From assembly GCA_037445065.1 (NCBI GenBank), contig JBBILD010000017.1:1-64000 (forward strand): 64,000 nucleotides of DNA. Reading direction: 5' to 3'. Under the pieces are notes generated by a model. The model searched no databases. It was given only the letters and a program-made list of their open reading frames with translations, and had not been told where the DNA came from. Source of the DNA: Myxococcales bacterium. GTDB taxonomy: Bacteria > Desulfobacterota > Binatia > HRBIN30. Below, one piece after another: positions 1 through 9,139 of this stretch. Numbering within the stretch: the stretch's first letter is position 1; each line of letters opens with the position of its first letter. The position numbers and the translations under genes are program-made.

Positions 1-885
1 ACGGATTTCGATATCTGGCTGACCCGCCAGCAGCCGACCCACTGGGTGGTTTCGACTGGCCGCTGGGACGACCCCACCGACGATTCCTGCCGCCAAGTGG
101 CTTGTAACCCGGCCACTAGTGGTTTGCCGAACGGCCAGGCCGATTGCTGTGACGCGGGGTTCGATCCCGGCCGCATCCCACCGATGGGGCCGAATTTCAC
201 TGGCGAACTCAAGTGCGTGGAGGTGGACGCTAGCGGTTTTCCGGTTGGCGGAAACTCTCTCAAGGGTGAGGCCACGTTGGTGGATCGCAGTCCCGCGTTC
301 GATGTTTCGAAGTACAATGCCGTGGGTTTGAAGGGTTTCGACACGAACAACTTAGATGGTGTCCTTTGCCTGGGCGGTGGCGTGAGCGGCTCCTGTCCGA
401 GTGGGGCGGAGTACGAGGCCTGTCCGCAGACATGGATCCTCGACACGCCGGCGATCGGGGCACCGAATCCCGTGCTAGCAAACCTCGAGAGGGAGAGCGA
501 GGCATCCGCCGCACTGACCGTGGTTCCGTGCTCCCAAAACTTCGAGACGCAAGAGCCGGTTTCGGTGGTGCTCCAGTTCGCGATCACGAACGAATTCGAG
601 CAGACCTTCTCGGCTTCCACTACGGTGACTTGCTGGGCAACATACGATTTGGACGAGATCAACCCGATCTTTCAAAGTGCGGCAGTGGGTGGAAATGTAC
701 TGCAGACGCGTATCCGAGCTGCCGCTGGTACGCCGCGTGGGATAGCAGCAGTGGTTGAAGAGACAGTGACGGATACGATAAACAGCCTCACGGCGCGGGT
801 GGCCCACAACCCCCACAACAGCTTTGCCGACCAGTCGGGCCAGGATCTGATCGTGATCCCAGCCGATCAGATCCAGAGTCAGTGA
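1..885 (+). CDS. Cys-rich putative secreted protein, 5'-truncated by the window edge; paralog of the next gene
   Basis: Frame is open from base 1 (TDFDIWLTRQQPTHWVVSTG...). It shares blocks with 946..2160: FTGELKC/FVGELRC, NSLKGE/NDLKGE, YNAVG/YNAIG, EYEACP/EYNGCP, VPCS, NEFEQTFS/NEFEQRFS. Confidence 0.8.
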   Translation, partial: TDFDIWLTRQQPTHWVVSTGRWDDPTDDSCRQVACNPATSGLPNGQADCCDAGFDPGRIPPMGPNFTGELKCVEVDASGFPVGGNSLKGEATLVDRSPAFDVSKYNAVGLKGFDTNNLDGVLCLGGGVSGSCPSGAEYEACPQTWILDTPAIGAPNPVLANLERESEASAALTVVPCSQNFETQEPVSVVLQFAITNEFEQTFSASTTVTCWATYDLDEINPIFQSAAVGGNVLQTRIRAAAGTPRGIAAVVEETVTDTINSLTARVAHNPHNSFADQSGQDLIVIPADQIQSQ

Positions 886-945
886 GGGTGAGTCATGAGA
901 GCGATGATGCGGCGACGTCCTAGGTTTGGGGAAAGGAGAATCGAG

Positions 946-2160
946 ATGCGACAGGTGCGATGGGCAGGTTGGACGGTGGCGCTCGCCGGGGCGCTGGTGC
1001 TGAGCGGCGCGGTCCGCGCCGATATCGCCTCAGACAAGCCCGCCGCGGTGCTGGTATACCCGAAGGTCGTAACCGACGCGAGCAGTGGTGTGGACACGAC
1101 AATTCGAATCGCGAACACGAATACGACGAATCCGATTACGCTGCACTGCTACTACCTCAATGCAAATTCACATTGTTCGGGTGGTCCGAACGATGGTGCA
1201 GTCTGTACGAGCAGTCCTTCAGTTTGTACGGGCTTGAGTGTCTGTGTTCCTGGTTGGCAAGAGACCGACTTCCGCGTGGTCTTGACCGCTGGGCAACCGA
1301 TTGAGTGGACTGCCTCGCAGGGTCTCTCAGATTCGGACCTGCCGATCCCGTTTGGGTCTTGCGTGCGAATGCCGACGCGGCGCTGCGGCTCGGATGCGGA
1401 CTGCAACCCCTTTCCAGGCGGTGCCTGCACCCAGAGCAACGCTGGTACGCGCGTTCCGCCTGTACCGGAGGACCCATTCGTTGGGGAGTTGCGCTGTATC
1501 GCCATCGATCCGGCCACAGGCGAGCCGGTTCCGCGGAACGATCTCAAGGGAGAAGGCCAAGTAGTCACGTCGAGTACTCAAAATCTCGACGTTGCGGGTT
1601 ACAACGCGATTGGGATCCAGGCCACTGGATCGTCGGACGGAAATCCGAGCCAGCTCACGTTGGGTCCTGGAGCCGAGGGTGAATACAATGGCTGTCCGAA
1701 TTACCTGATCGTCAATCACTTTTTCGATGACGCTCGGAACCCGGTCCCGCAAACGGGCGCAACGATCACGACCAACTTGGTCCTGGTGCCGTGCTCGGCG
1801 GATTACCTGCGCCAGGTTCCTGGGCTGGCGGTAGTACAGTACCTAGTGTTCAATGAGTTCGAGCAGCGCTTTTCCACCAGCCGGGCGGTGCGTTGTTATC
1901 AGGACATGCCTCTCAGCCGAATCGATACGCAAAACAGCGCGCGCTCGATCTGGAACGTGAATGTTGCGGGCACCCTTACTGGGCAAACGCGCGTGAACCC
2001 GATCGGGGTCAGCGCTTCGAATCCTCCGGGGATCGCCAGTGGCTTGTTAGGAGTGGCTGTGGAAACGCACCGGGGCGCCGGCGCGCTTGTGAAGAGTGCC
2101 GCGGTCAACGTGCACATGAGTGGTTCGCGTGAAGCTCCGGATGTGATGATTATCCCGTAA
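946..2160 (+). CDS. Cys-rich secreted protein of unknown function
   Basis: GAAAGGAG RBS at 931-938 precedes ATG 946. Signal-peptide-like N-terminus (MRQVRWAGWTVALAGALVLSGAVRA) and Cys-rich inserts (CSGGPNDGAVC, CGSDADC). Confidence 0.85.
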   Translation: MRQVRWAGWTVALAGALVLSGAVRADIASDKPAAVLVYPKVVTDASSGVDTTIRIANTNTTNPITLHCYYLNANSHCSGGPNDGAVCTSSPSVCTGLSVCVPGWQETDFRVVLTAGQPIEWTASQGLSDSDLPIPFGSCVRMPTRRCGSDADCNPFPGGACTQSNAGTRVPPVPEDPFVGELRCIAIDPATGEPVPRNDLKGEGQVVTSSTQNLDVAGYNAIGIQATGSSDGNPSQLTLGPGAEGEYNGCPNYLIVNHFFDDARNPVPQTGATITTNLVLVPCSADYLRQVPGLAVVQYLVFNEFEQRFSTSRAVRCYQDMPLSRIDTQNSARSIWNVNVAGTLTGQTRVNPIGVSASNPPGIASGLLGVAVETHRGAGALVKSAAVNVHMSGSREAPDVMIIP

Positions 2161-2177
2161 GGCGAGCGTGGCCATCG

Positions 2178-2216
2178 AAAAAAAAGGCGGGCCGCCCAGG
2201 GCGACCCGCCTTTTTT
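2178..2216. terminator. Bidirectional intrinsic terminator
   Basis: A8-GGCGGG-CCGCCCAGGGCGA-CCCGCC-T6 lies between convergent genes. Confidence 0.9.
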
Positions 2217-3171
2217 ATTTCTGTAAGCGGGGGCAGCGCGAGAGCACGAAGTCGATCACGCGTGTCTCAAAGGCGGCGCTGGCGAAACGGTTGGCTTCCT
2301 GAATGCCGGTCGGGCTCGTCACATTGACCTCAGTGAGGTAATCACCGATGACGTCGAGCCCCACAAAGTACAGCCCATCAGCACGGAGCTGGGGAGCCAG
2401 CTTGGAAACAATCTCCCGGTCCCGCGGCGTGAGGTCGGCGGGGCACACTGTACCCCCGGCGTGAATGTTGCCGCGGTGGTCGTCCGGCCGGGGGACACGT
2501 AGGATCGCAGCGAGGGGTTCGCCATCGAGGAGGAGGATCCGCTTGTCGCCCCGCCGAACCTCCGGGAGGTAGCGCTGCGCCATGAGTAAGCGAGTGCCGC
2601 CTGCCGTGCAGAGTTCGAGCAAGGAGTGCAAGTTCCGGTCTTCCTTGCTGGCGAGAAAGACTCCTGTCCCGCCGCAGCAGTCGAGAGGCTTGATAATCAT
2701 CTGCCCGCCCATCTCGTCGAGGAACGCCCGCAGGCGCGGGATGTCGCAGGCCACGAGGGTGGGCGGGATCAGGTCTGGAAAGCGAAGAGCGTAGAGCTTT
2801 TCGTTGGCAGTACGCAGCCCTTCAGGTTCGTTGAGCACGAAGGTTTGGCGCCGGTCTACAAGGTCGAGCAAGTAAGTGGCAAACAAGTAGCTCTGGTCTA
2901 CCGGTGGATCCTTGCGCATAAAAACCGCGTCGTACCATTCGAGCGGCTCGGTCTGTTTTTCGCCGAGCGAAAACGGGGGCTCGGTGCGCAAAGCGCGGGT
3001 GCGCACGGCCTCCGCCCAACAGCGATTGTTGCGCGAAAAAAGCTGCTCGGGCGTGCACGTGTAAACCTGCACGCCGCGCCGCTCGGCCTCGAGCATGAAC
3101 ACGAAGGTCGTGTCCTTGTCCGGAACGATTCGGTGCAACGGGTCCATTACGAACAGGAAACGCACGGGCAT
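2215..3171 (-). CDS. gshB: Glutathione synthetase
   Basis: FVMDP..I.PDKDTTF, FMRKDPP, NEKL, GDKRI, RGNIHAGG and EVNVTSPTG motifs; adjacent to rsmE. Confidence 0.95.
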   Translation of the reverse strand: MPVRFLFVMDPLHRIVPDKDTTFVFMLEAERRGVQVYTCTPEQLFSRNNRCWAEAVRTRALRTEPPFSLGEKQTEPLEWYDAVFMRKDPPVDQSYLFATYLLDLVDRRQTFVLNEPEGLRTANEKLYALRFPDLIPPTLVACDIPRLRAFLDEMGGQMIIKPLDCCGGTGVFLASKEDRNLHSLLELCTAGGTRLLMAQRYLPEVRRGDKRILLLDGEPLAAILRVPRPDDHRGNIHAGGTVCPADLTPRDREIVSKLAPQLRADGLYFVGLDVIGDYLTEVNVTSPTGIQEANRFASAAFETRVIDFVLSRCPRLQK

Positions 3172-3222
3172 GGGTGCAGAGTACGCTTGGCCAACTGGCC
3201 GGGCAAGGCGCGGACAGTCACG

Positions 3223-3966
3223 TCAGGGGTTCGGGGCGCTGTGCCGCAGGTCTCCAAACAGCCACTGGAGTACAGCGGCAGCGGCGATGGCGGCAGTTTC
3301 CGCCCGCAGAATCCGCGGGCCAAGCGAGAGACGCTGGAACCTGGCCGCGTCGAGCAATTGGATTTCGGCAGGTGTGAGCCCACCTTCCGGACCAATCACA
3401 ATACGCACCGAATTCGGTGGTTCTCTGGCAATCGCTGGCTCGATTGCAGCGTCACTATCGGGGGTCAGTACGAACGACACATCCGCATTGCTCGTCGAGG
3501 TGAGCAGGCTCCGGACATCCTGGGCCCAGATGAGGTTCGGGACCCTGGCGCGCTGCGCTTGTTTGGCTGATTCTTGCACGATGCGCTGCCAGCGCCGCAA
3601 GCGCTGTTCCGATGCCACCCGTACTGAGCGAGCGGCAGCGAAGATGACGAATTCGTGCACGCCGAGTTCCGTGCCTTTTTGCAGCGCGAATTCGAGCCGC
3701 GCGGGCTCGATCGACGCCATGCAGAGCGAAATGGCGAGGGCAGACTCGCGAAGTCCGCAGGGTTCGTCGAGCAGCTCGAGTAAAGCTCGATTGCGCTGGA
3801 TCTGGACGACCCGCGCCCGACGCTGGCGGCCGAGGCCGTCGGTGAGAGAAACCTCCTCGCCGATCCGGATCCGCCGAACCCTCAGGTGGTGGAACTCCTC
3901 GCCAGCAAGAACGGCATACGCTCGACCTAGGTCAGAGTTGGGAACGAGAAAGCGGTGCTGCGTCAT
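3223..3966 (-). CDS. rsmE: 16S rRNA m3U1498 methyltransferase
   Basis: HHLRVRR, QKGTELGV, IGPEGGL and LGPRILRAETA motifs. Start MTQHRF overlaps the prmA stop (ATGA). Confidence 0.93.
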   Translation of the reverse strand: MTQHRFLVPNSDLGRAYAVLAGEEFHHLRVRRIRIGEEVSLTDGLGRQRRARVVQIQRNRALLELLDEPCGLRESALAISLCMASIEPARLEFALQKGTELGVHEFVIFAAARSVRVASEQRLRRWQRIVQESAKQAQRARVPNLIWAQDVRSLLTSTSNADVSFVLTPDSDAAIEPAIAREPPNSVRIVIGPEGGLTPAEIQLLDAARFQRLSLGPRILRAETAAIAAAAVLQWLFGDLRHSAPNP

Positions 3967-4817
3967 CCTCGGAAGCAAAAGTGCTGCGCCACCCAGTCTT
4001 CTTCGGACCACGTCTCGACGAGTTCCCAGCCATGCTGGGTATAGGCAGTCTCCAATCGCCCGCGGTCGCAGGAAAGGTAGCCTGAAACGATGAGGCTGCT
4101 TCCGGCACCGCGCCGCACCGTCGTCAGCAGCGGCGCGAGCTCGCACAGCACGTCTGCGTAGAGGTTGGCGACGGTGAGATCGAACGGAGCCAGTTCTTGC
4201 CAGTCCTCGACAATGTAGATCCGCCCTGCGGCACGCGGGTTTCTTTGCACGTTCTCGGCGGCAACGTTGCGCGCCGTCGCGTCTGTGTCTGCAGCAACGA
4301 CGCGGCGGACACCGAGGAGCGCGAGCGCAATGGCAAGGATCCCTGTGCCGGTGCCGAGGTCCAAGGCGCGCTCTACGGCCACTCGTGGCGCAAGCGCGCG
4401 CTCGATCAATGTGAGGCAGCCAAGAGTGGACGGATGCTGTCCGGTGCCAAAAGCCATCCCCGGCTCGATACACACCGCGGTCCGATTTTCTGGCACGGCT
4501 GGGGCCCAAGGGGGGTGGATCCACAAACGCTCGCCGACTGGAAACGGTGCGAACGCTGATTTCCAGCTCTCCGACCAGTCTTCTTCCACGACCCGGCCGT
4601 GTTCGATGGCGCCCTGGGCGGGAAGCCCCAAGGCTTGCAGGTAGTGAGCAAGTTTCGAAAGTTCTGGCTGGCTTGCGAAATAGGCAGTGAGCACGCAATC
4701 CTGGCCGCGTTCTTCCTCCACCAGGCCGGTAGCTCCGAGTTCGAACAGGAAATTGCTGATTGCGTCCAGCAACTCTACAGGGGTTCCCACGCGTACCTCA
4801 TGCCAGCCGCTGTTCAT
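3963..4817 (-). CDS. prmA: Ribosomal protein L11 methyltransferase
   Basis: EEDWSESWK, IEPGMAFGTGQHPST, LDLGTGTGILAI and ANL motifs. Confidence 0.93.
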   Translation of the reverse strand: MNSGWHEVRVGTPVELLDAISNFLFELGATGLVEEERGQDCVLTAYFASQPELSKLAHYLQALGLPAQGAIEHGRVVEEDWSESWKSAFAPFPVGERLWIHPPWAPAVPENRTAVCIEPGMAFGTGQHPSTLGCLTLIERALAPRVAVERALDLGTGTGILAIALALLGVRRVVAADTDATARNVAAENVQRNPRAAGRIYIVEDWQELAPFDLTVANLYADVLCELAPLLTTVRRGAGSSLIVSGYLSCDRGRLETAYTQHGWELVETWSEEDWVAQHFCFRG

Positions 4818-4888
4818 GGCAAAAGCGTTTGCACAGTAGGCGTGGCTCGGCAACATGTGACTGGAAACGGTGGGAGGAACACGATGAG

Positions 4889-5620
4889 ATGAAGAGATGG
4901 TTCCGAATCGCGCACCGCGGAGCGTCGGGGCACGCTCCGGAGCACACGCGTGCGGCCTTCGAGCTGGCGCTGGCGCAGGGGGCTCAGATGGTGGAACTGG
5001 ACGTCCGGCTGACGGCGGACGGTGAGCTGGTCGTCTTCCACGATGATACGCTCGAGCGCACCACGAACGGTGTGGGCAAGGTATCGGAAAAAACTTGGGC
5101 CCAACTCCGCGATTTGGATGCGGGTTCCTGGTTCGGGCGCCAATTCGCTGGGGAGCGCCTGCTCCTCCTGCAGGAGGTTCTCCGGCTACTCGCTGGACGC
5201 GTACTCCTCAATGTCGAACTCAAAGAGAATGCGAGCAAAGCTTCGCTCTTGCTGCCCGCGCTCCTCTCCCGGCTGGGCGAGGAAGACGCTGAACAACGAG
5301 TTGTGGTCTCGGCGTTCGACTGGGAATTATTGGCGAAGTTGCGCGCGCACGATCCACGGGTGCGCATCGGTATCCTTTGGCACGAGCCGTCCCGCACGAA
5401 AGACGTGTGGCGGTTTGCCGAGCAAATCGGTGCGTACTCGGTACACCCGCTTTGGCTGTTGGTGGAACCTGAGCTGATCGCTGCGGCGCACGAACGGGGA
5501 CTTCAGGTTTTCACGTGGACCGTGAACGACCCGGTACAGGTGCGCTCCCTGGTAGCGCTGGGCGTGGATGGGGTGATCAGTGATTACCCGGACCGCTTGC
5601 TGGCGGTCGCGCAGGGTTGA
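4889..5620 (+). CDS. Glycerophosphodiester phosphodiesterase (GDPD, UgpQ/GlpQ family)
   Basis: IAHRGASGHAPEHT, ELDV, HDDTLERTT, NVELK, WTVND and GVDGVISDYP motifs. Confidence 0.92.
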   Translation: MKRWFRIAHRGASGHAPEHTRAAFELALAQGAQMVELDVRLTADGELVVFHDDTLERTTNGVGKVSEKTWAQLRDLDAGSWFGRQFAGERLLLLQEVLRLLAGRVLLNVELKENASKASLLLPALLSRLGEEDAEQRVVVSAFDWELLAKLRAHDPRVRIGILWHEPSRTKDVWRFAEQIGAYSVHPLWLLVEPELIAAAHERGLQVFTWTVNDPVQVRSLVALGVDGVISDYPDRLLAVAQG

Positions 5621-5712
5621 TCCGCGCAGGCAGGACGACTAGGGAAGCACCTTCTAGATGCCACCCAATCGCGGGTTGAACTTGCCCGCGCGGGAAGGGG
5701 GTGAAGGAGCTT

Positions 5713-5913
5713 TTGGCTGGAGTCCGATTGAAGGAAAACGAGCCGCTTGAAAGTGCAGTTCGCCGCTTCAAGAAGCAGTGCGAGAAGGCAGGAATCCTGA
5801 CCGAGTTGCGGAAGCGGGAGCACTATGAGAAGCCGAGCGTGCGGCGCAAGAAAAAAGAATTGGCCGCCAAGAAACGTTACCTCCGGCGAATGGCGCGCAG
5901 CGGCTTGCTGTAG
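5713..5913 (+). CDS. rpsU: 30S ribosomal protein S21
   Basis: [30 protein letters not shown] start follows an AAGGAG RBS. Confidence 0.95.
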   Translation: MAGVRLKENEPLESAVRRFKKQCEKAGILTELRKREHYEKPSVRRKKKELAAKKRYLRRMARSGLL

Positions 5914-5964
5914 CCAGAGGCTACACCAGCAGACGTGTGTTGTGCGGCTAAAGGGTAGGTGCCC

Positions 5965-6453
5965 ATGACCCCTGCCGCCTGGGATATCGCCGTGGTCGCT
6001 TTCGTGGCCGCGGCCGCGCTTCGCGGAGGCTGGCGAGGAGGCCTGCGTGAGCTGTGCTCGCTGCTGGGACTGCTCGCCGGAGTGGCTTCCGGTTGGTGGT
6101 GGATGTCAGCGGGCTCGGCCGGGACCGGTACGGCAGGGGCATCGCAACTAGCCGGCGAGGCGTTGACCTTTGTCGGAATCGTAGCCGGGCTCTGGGCGCT
6201 GGGGGGCTTTTTCGGCTGGTTGCTGGAAACGCTCGTGCACAGCCGCGTGGGGCGCCTGGCGAGTGCCGCTCTTGGCCTCCTCGCTGGAAGCATGAAGGGG
6301 GCACTGGTTGCCGGCTTGCTGCTTTTCTTCTTGTACGTGTTCGTGCCGGAGGTCCGGGCGGTTCTCGGGGCGAGTTCCGTTGCGCATGAGGTACTGCGTG
6401 CAACGGTGGCCTTGGGCCAGGAACTGATTCGGATTGCTAGTTATTTGGGATGA
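5965..6453 (+). CDS. CvpA (colicin V production) family membrane protein
   Basis: DIAVV...RGGWRGGLRELCSLLG N-terminus, about 4 TM segments and LGLLAGSMKG; sits between rpsU and dnaG. Confidence 0.75.
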   Translation: MTPAAWDIAVVAFVAAAALRGGWRGGLRELCSLLGLLAGVASGWWWMSAGSAGTGTAGASQLAGEALTFVGIVAGLWALGGFFGWLLETLVHSRVGRLASAALGLLAGSMKGALVAGLLLFFLYVFVPEVRAVLGASSVAHEVLRATVALGQELIRIASYLG

Positions 6454-6459
6454 GGATTG

Positions 6460-8208
6460 ATGGCCGGGCGCATCCCTGACTCGGTTTTGCGGCAGATCGA
6501 GCAGCGGGTCTCCCTGGTAGATGTCGTTGGCGATTACCTCACCCTCAAAAAGCAAGGCCGCAATTACGTCGGTCTCTGTCCGTTCCACCACGAAAAGACG
6601 CCCTCGTTTTCTGTAAGCCCCGAGAAGGGCCTGTTTTACTGCTTTGGTTGCGGTGCCGGCGGTGGGCTCTTCCAGTTCGTCATGCGGATGGAGAATCTCG
6701 ACTTCCCCGCGGCGGTCCAACGCCTTGCCCAACGCGCCGGCATTCCGCTCGAATCGTTGCGCCCGAAGAGCGTGCAGGGCTCGCGCGAAAAGGAAATCCT
6801 GGCGCTCGCGAGCGAGTTTTTCGTGCGCTGTTTGCGTTCCGAGCGTGCTGGGGGGGAAGGTCGCGAGTATTTGAAGAAGCGGGGGATTCTGGAACCGACC
6901 AGGGAGCGGTTCGCCCTCGGTTACTGCCCCCCGGGTGGTGAGTTGCTGGCGTTCCTCCAATCACGCCGAGTTTCTGCAGCCGAGGCAGTGCGGGCCGGTC
7001 TCTTGGCTCCGGCCAGCGGAGGCAAAGCGTACCCCCGTTTCGGGCGGCGGGTCGTCTTTCCGATCCGTGACCTGAGCGGAGATGTGGTTGGGTTCGGCGG
7101 GCGCGCTGTGTTGGACCAGCAGCAGCCTAAGTACCTCAACTCCCCAGAATCTCTGTTTTTCCGCAAGAGCGAGGTGCTCTATGGTCTGTTCGAGGCGCGG
7201 CAGGCAGTGCGGGCGAGCGATCGGGTGGTGGTGGTGGAGGGTTACCTCGATGCGCTGCAGCTCGTACAGGCTGGTGTGGAGAACGTGGTTGCCACAATGG
7301 GAACAGCGTGGACCTCTGCCCATGCCCATTTGGTGCGCCGCTTTGTGCCAGAGTGCGTGATTTTGTTCGACGGCGACCAAGCGGGTTATCGCGCTGCGGA
7401 ACGAGCATTTTGGGTGTGTGTGGAAGCTAGCTTGTGGCCGTTGGGAGGTTTCCTCCCGAGTGGCTTCGATCCGGATTCCTTCGTGCGCGAGCATGGGGCG
7501 GAATCGCTCCGTCAGTTGCTCGAGGGCGCTCCCCCGCTTCTCTCTTTTTGCCTACGGCGGTGGGTTCCCCGTTCGAGCCGGGTTGGAGATCGCTTGCGTG
7601 CCGCACAGGAGTTGCGCCAGGCGTTGGGTCGAGTGGAGGATCCGGTGTTGTCGGCAGAAATCGCACGGGCAGCGGCACAGGCTTTGGGCGTCCCGGAGGA
7701 CGCCCTGCGCCGCCAACCAGTACGGCCGCCGCGGCTGGCAAGTCGGGTGGCGACGCCTCCCACGCAGACGGTGGATCCCCTGCGACTCCCCATCGAAGAG
7801 CGTACGCTCGTCGAGGCAATGGTGCTCGATCGAGCGGCCGCGCAATGGGTGGCCGCGCAAGGATTGTGGGATTGTTTCCAGAACGGCACGCTGGCCCAGC
7901 TAGCGCGCCAGGTGGTGCAACAGTGGGAAGAAGGATCGTCGCTGGAAGAAATCACGCGCAGTCTGCCCGCGCCGTTGCAGGCCGCCATCGCACAGAACCG
8001 CATGGGTGCCGGTGCGCTATCGGAAGTAGACGCCCTCAGAGTGGCCCGCGATTGTGCCGAGCGGGTTCGATCTCGCCTGCGCAAGGCGCGTTTGCGCGCG
8101 CTGCGCGAACAGCTGCGAGCGGCAGAGCGGGATGGAGACGCAGCCCTGATGGCGCGCCTGCGCGAGGAGATCAGGCAGAGCAGCGGCCCGGAACGGGCTG
8201 GGAATTGA
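6460..8208 (+). CDS. dnaG: DNA primase
   Basis: Zn finger CPFHHEKTPSF...CFGC, PKYLNSPE, VVEGYLD and FDGDQAG (TOPRIM) motifs. Confidence 0.97.
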   Translation: MAGRIPDSVLRQIEQRVSLVDVVGDYLTLKKQGRNYVGLCPFHHEKTPSFSVSPEKGLFYCFGCGAGGGLFQFVMRMENLDFPAAVQRLAQRAGIPLESLRPKSVQGSREKEILALASEFFVRCLRSERAGGEGREYLKKRGILEPTRERFALGYCPPGGELLAFLQSRRVSAAEAVRAGLLAPASGGKAYPRFGRRVVFPIRDLSGDVVGFGGRAVLDQQQPKYLNSPESLFFRKSEVLYGLFEARQAVRASDRVVVVEGYLDALQLVQAGVENVVATMGTAWTSAHAHLVRRFVPECVILFDGDQAGYRAAERAFWVCVEASLWPLGGFLPSGFDPDSFVREHGAESLRQLLEGAPPLLSFCLRRWVPRSSRVGDRLRAAQELRQALGRVEDPVLSAEIARAAAQALGVPEDALRRQPVRPPRLASRVATPPTQTVDPLRLPIEERTLVEAMVLDRAAAQWVAAQGLWDCFQNGTLAQLARQVVQQWEEGSSLEEITRSLPAPLQAAIAQNRMGAGALSEVDALRVARDCAERVRSRLRKARLRALREQLRAAERDGDAALMARLREEIRQSSGPERAGN

Positions 8209-8274
8209 ACAGTGTGCTTGCAAATCCTCCGCCAGCTTGCGATCAAAAACCGGTTGTGCGCCCCATACGCCCTT

Positions 8275-8349
8275 GGGCCCATAGCTCAGCCCGGTCAGAG
8301 CTGCCGGCTCATAACCGGTTGGTCCCAGGTTCGAATCCTGGTGGGCCCA
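8275..8349 (+). tRNA. tRNA with CAT anticodon, probably tRNA-Ile2 (lysidine-modified); no encoded CCA
   Basis: Acceptor stem GGGCCCA/TGGGCCC, D arm GCTC/GAGC, anticodon arm GCCGG-CTCATAA-CCGGT, T arm CCAGG-TTCGAAT-CCTGG. The 1-72 pair is intact, so it is not an initiator. Ile2 versus elongator Met is inferred from the sequence pattern and context. Confidence 0.93.
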
Positions 8350-8383
8350 CTGATGCGCGAAAGGCAAGGAAGGATCGGGTGAC

Positions 8384-9118
8384 ATGACGGCTTCGTCGGC
8401 TTTGGAACAATTGGCCGAGCTCCAAGAGTTGGATCGCGTTCTGCGGGAAAAAGAGCAGGAAGTGGATGCCCTGCGTGCAGAGTTATCGGGATGGGAAGCA
8501 AGGTTGGCCGAGCGGCGGCAAGAAGCGGAATCGCTCGCGGCGAGGACCGCGGACGTCGACCGGCGCCGCCGCGAACTCGAGGCCAGGCTGGCAGAGGAAG
8601 AAGACAAAATGAAGGAGCGCCGGATGCGCCTAAACCGGATCCGCAATGAGCGCGAGTTGCGGGCTCTGCAGCACGAGATCGAGCTGGCAAAAACAGCCAA
8701 TCAGCAGATGGAAAACGAAGTCATTCAATTGATGGAAGAGCTCGAGCAGTTGCAGGCAGCCCTGGTCGTTGCCCGCGAACAGCAAGAGGCGCTGGAGCAA
8801 GAATTTCAGCAACAAGCGAGTACGCGCGAAGACGCCGTCGTGCGCTTGCGCGCGGAGATGGAAGAAGCGCGCCAGAAGCGCGCTGAGCTAGCAGCCAAGA
8901 TCGATCCGCAGTTGCTGCAGCGCTACGAGCAAATCCGCGCTCGGCGGGGAGGGCTGGCGGTCGCCGAAGTCCGCGCGGCAATTTGCCTCGGGTGTAACAT
9001 GAACTTGCCGCCACAATTTTACAACGAGTTGCTGCGCGGCGACGAGATCCGCCTGTGCCCAAACTGCCACCGCATCCTGATCTGGAGGGCGAACGACGCT
9101 GGCGCGGGATCGGATTGA
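8384..9118 (+). CDS. Coiled-coil protein with C-terminal C4 zinc ribbon (DUF164/CT398-like)
   Basis: LQELD start, long coiled coil, then CLGCNM...CPNCHRIL. Confidence 0.9.
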   Translation: MTASSALEQLAELQELDRVLREKEQEVDALRAELSGWEARLAERRQEAESLAARTADVDRRRRELEARLAEEEDKMKERRMRLNRIRNERELRALQHEIELAKTANQQMENEVIQLMEELEQLQAALVVAREQQEALEQEFQQQASTREDAVVRLRAEMEEARQKRAELAAKIDPQLLQRYEQIRARRGGLAVAEVRAAICLGCNMNLPPQFYNELLRGDEIRLCPNCHRILIWRANDAGAGSD

Positions 9119-9139
9119 TCGTTACAAAACACGGGCTGA

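Noticed and set aside
8275..8400. tRNA as an integration site for a prophage or island
   Set aside because: No integrase, no duplicated tRNA 3' end was seen, and the flanking genes are core.
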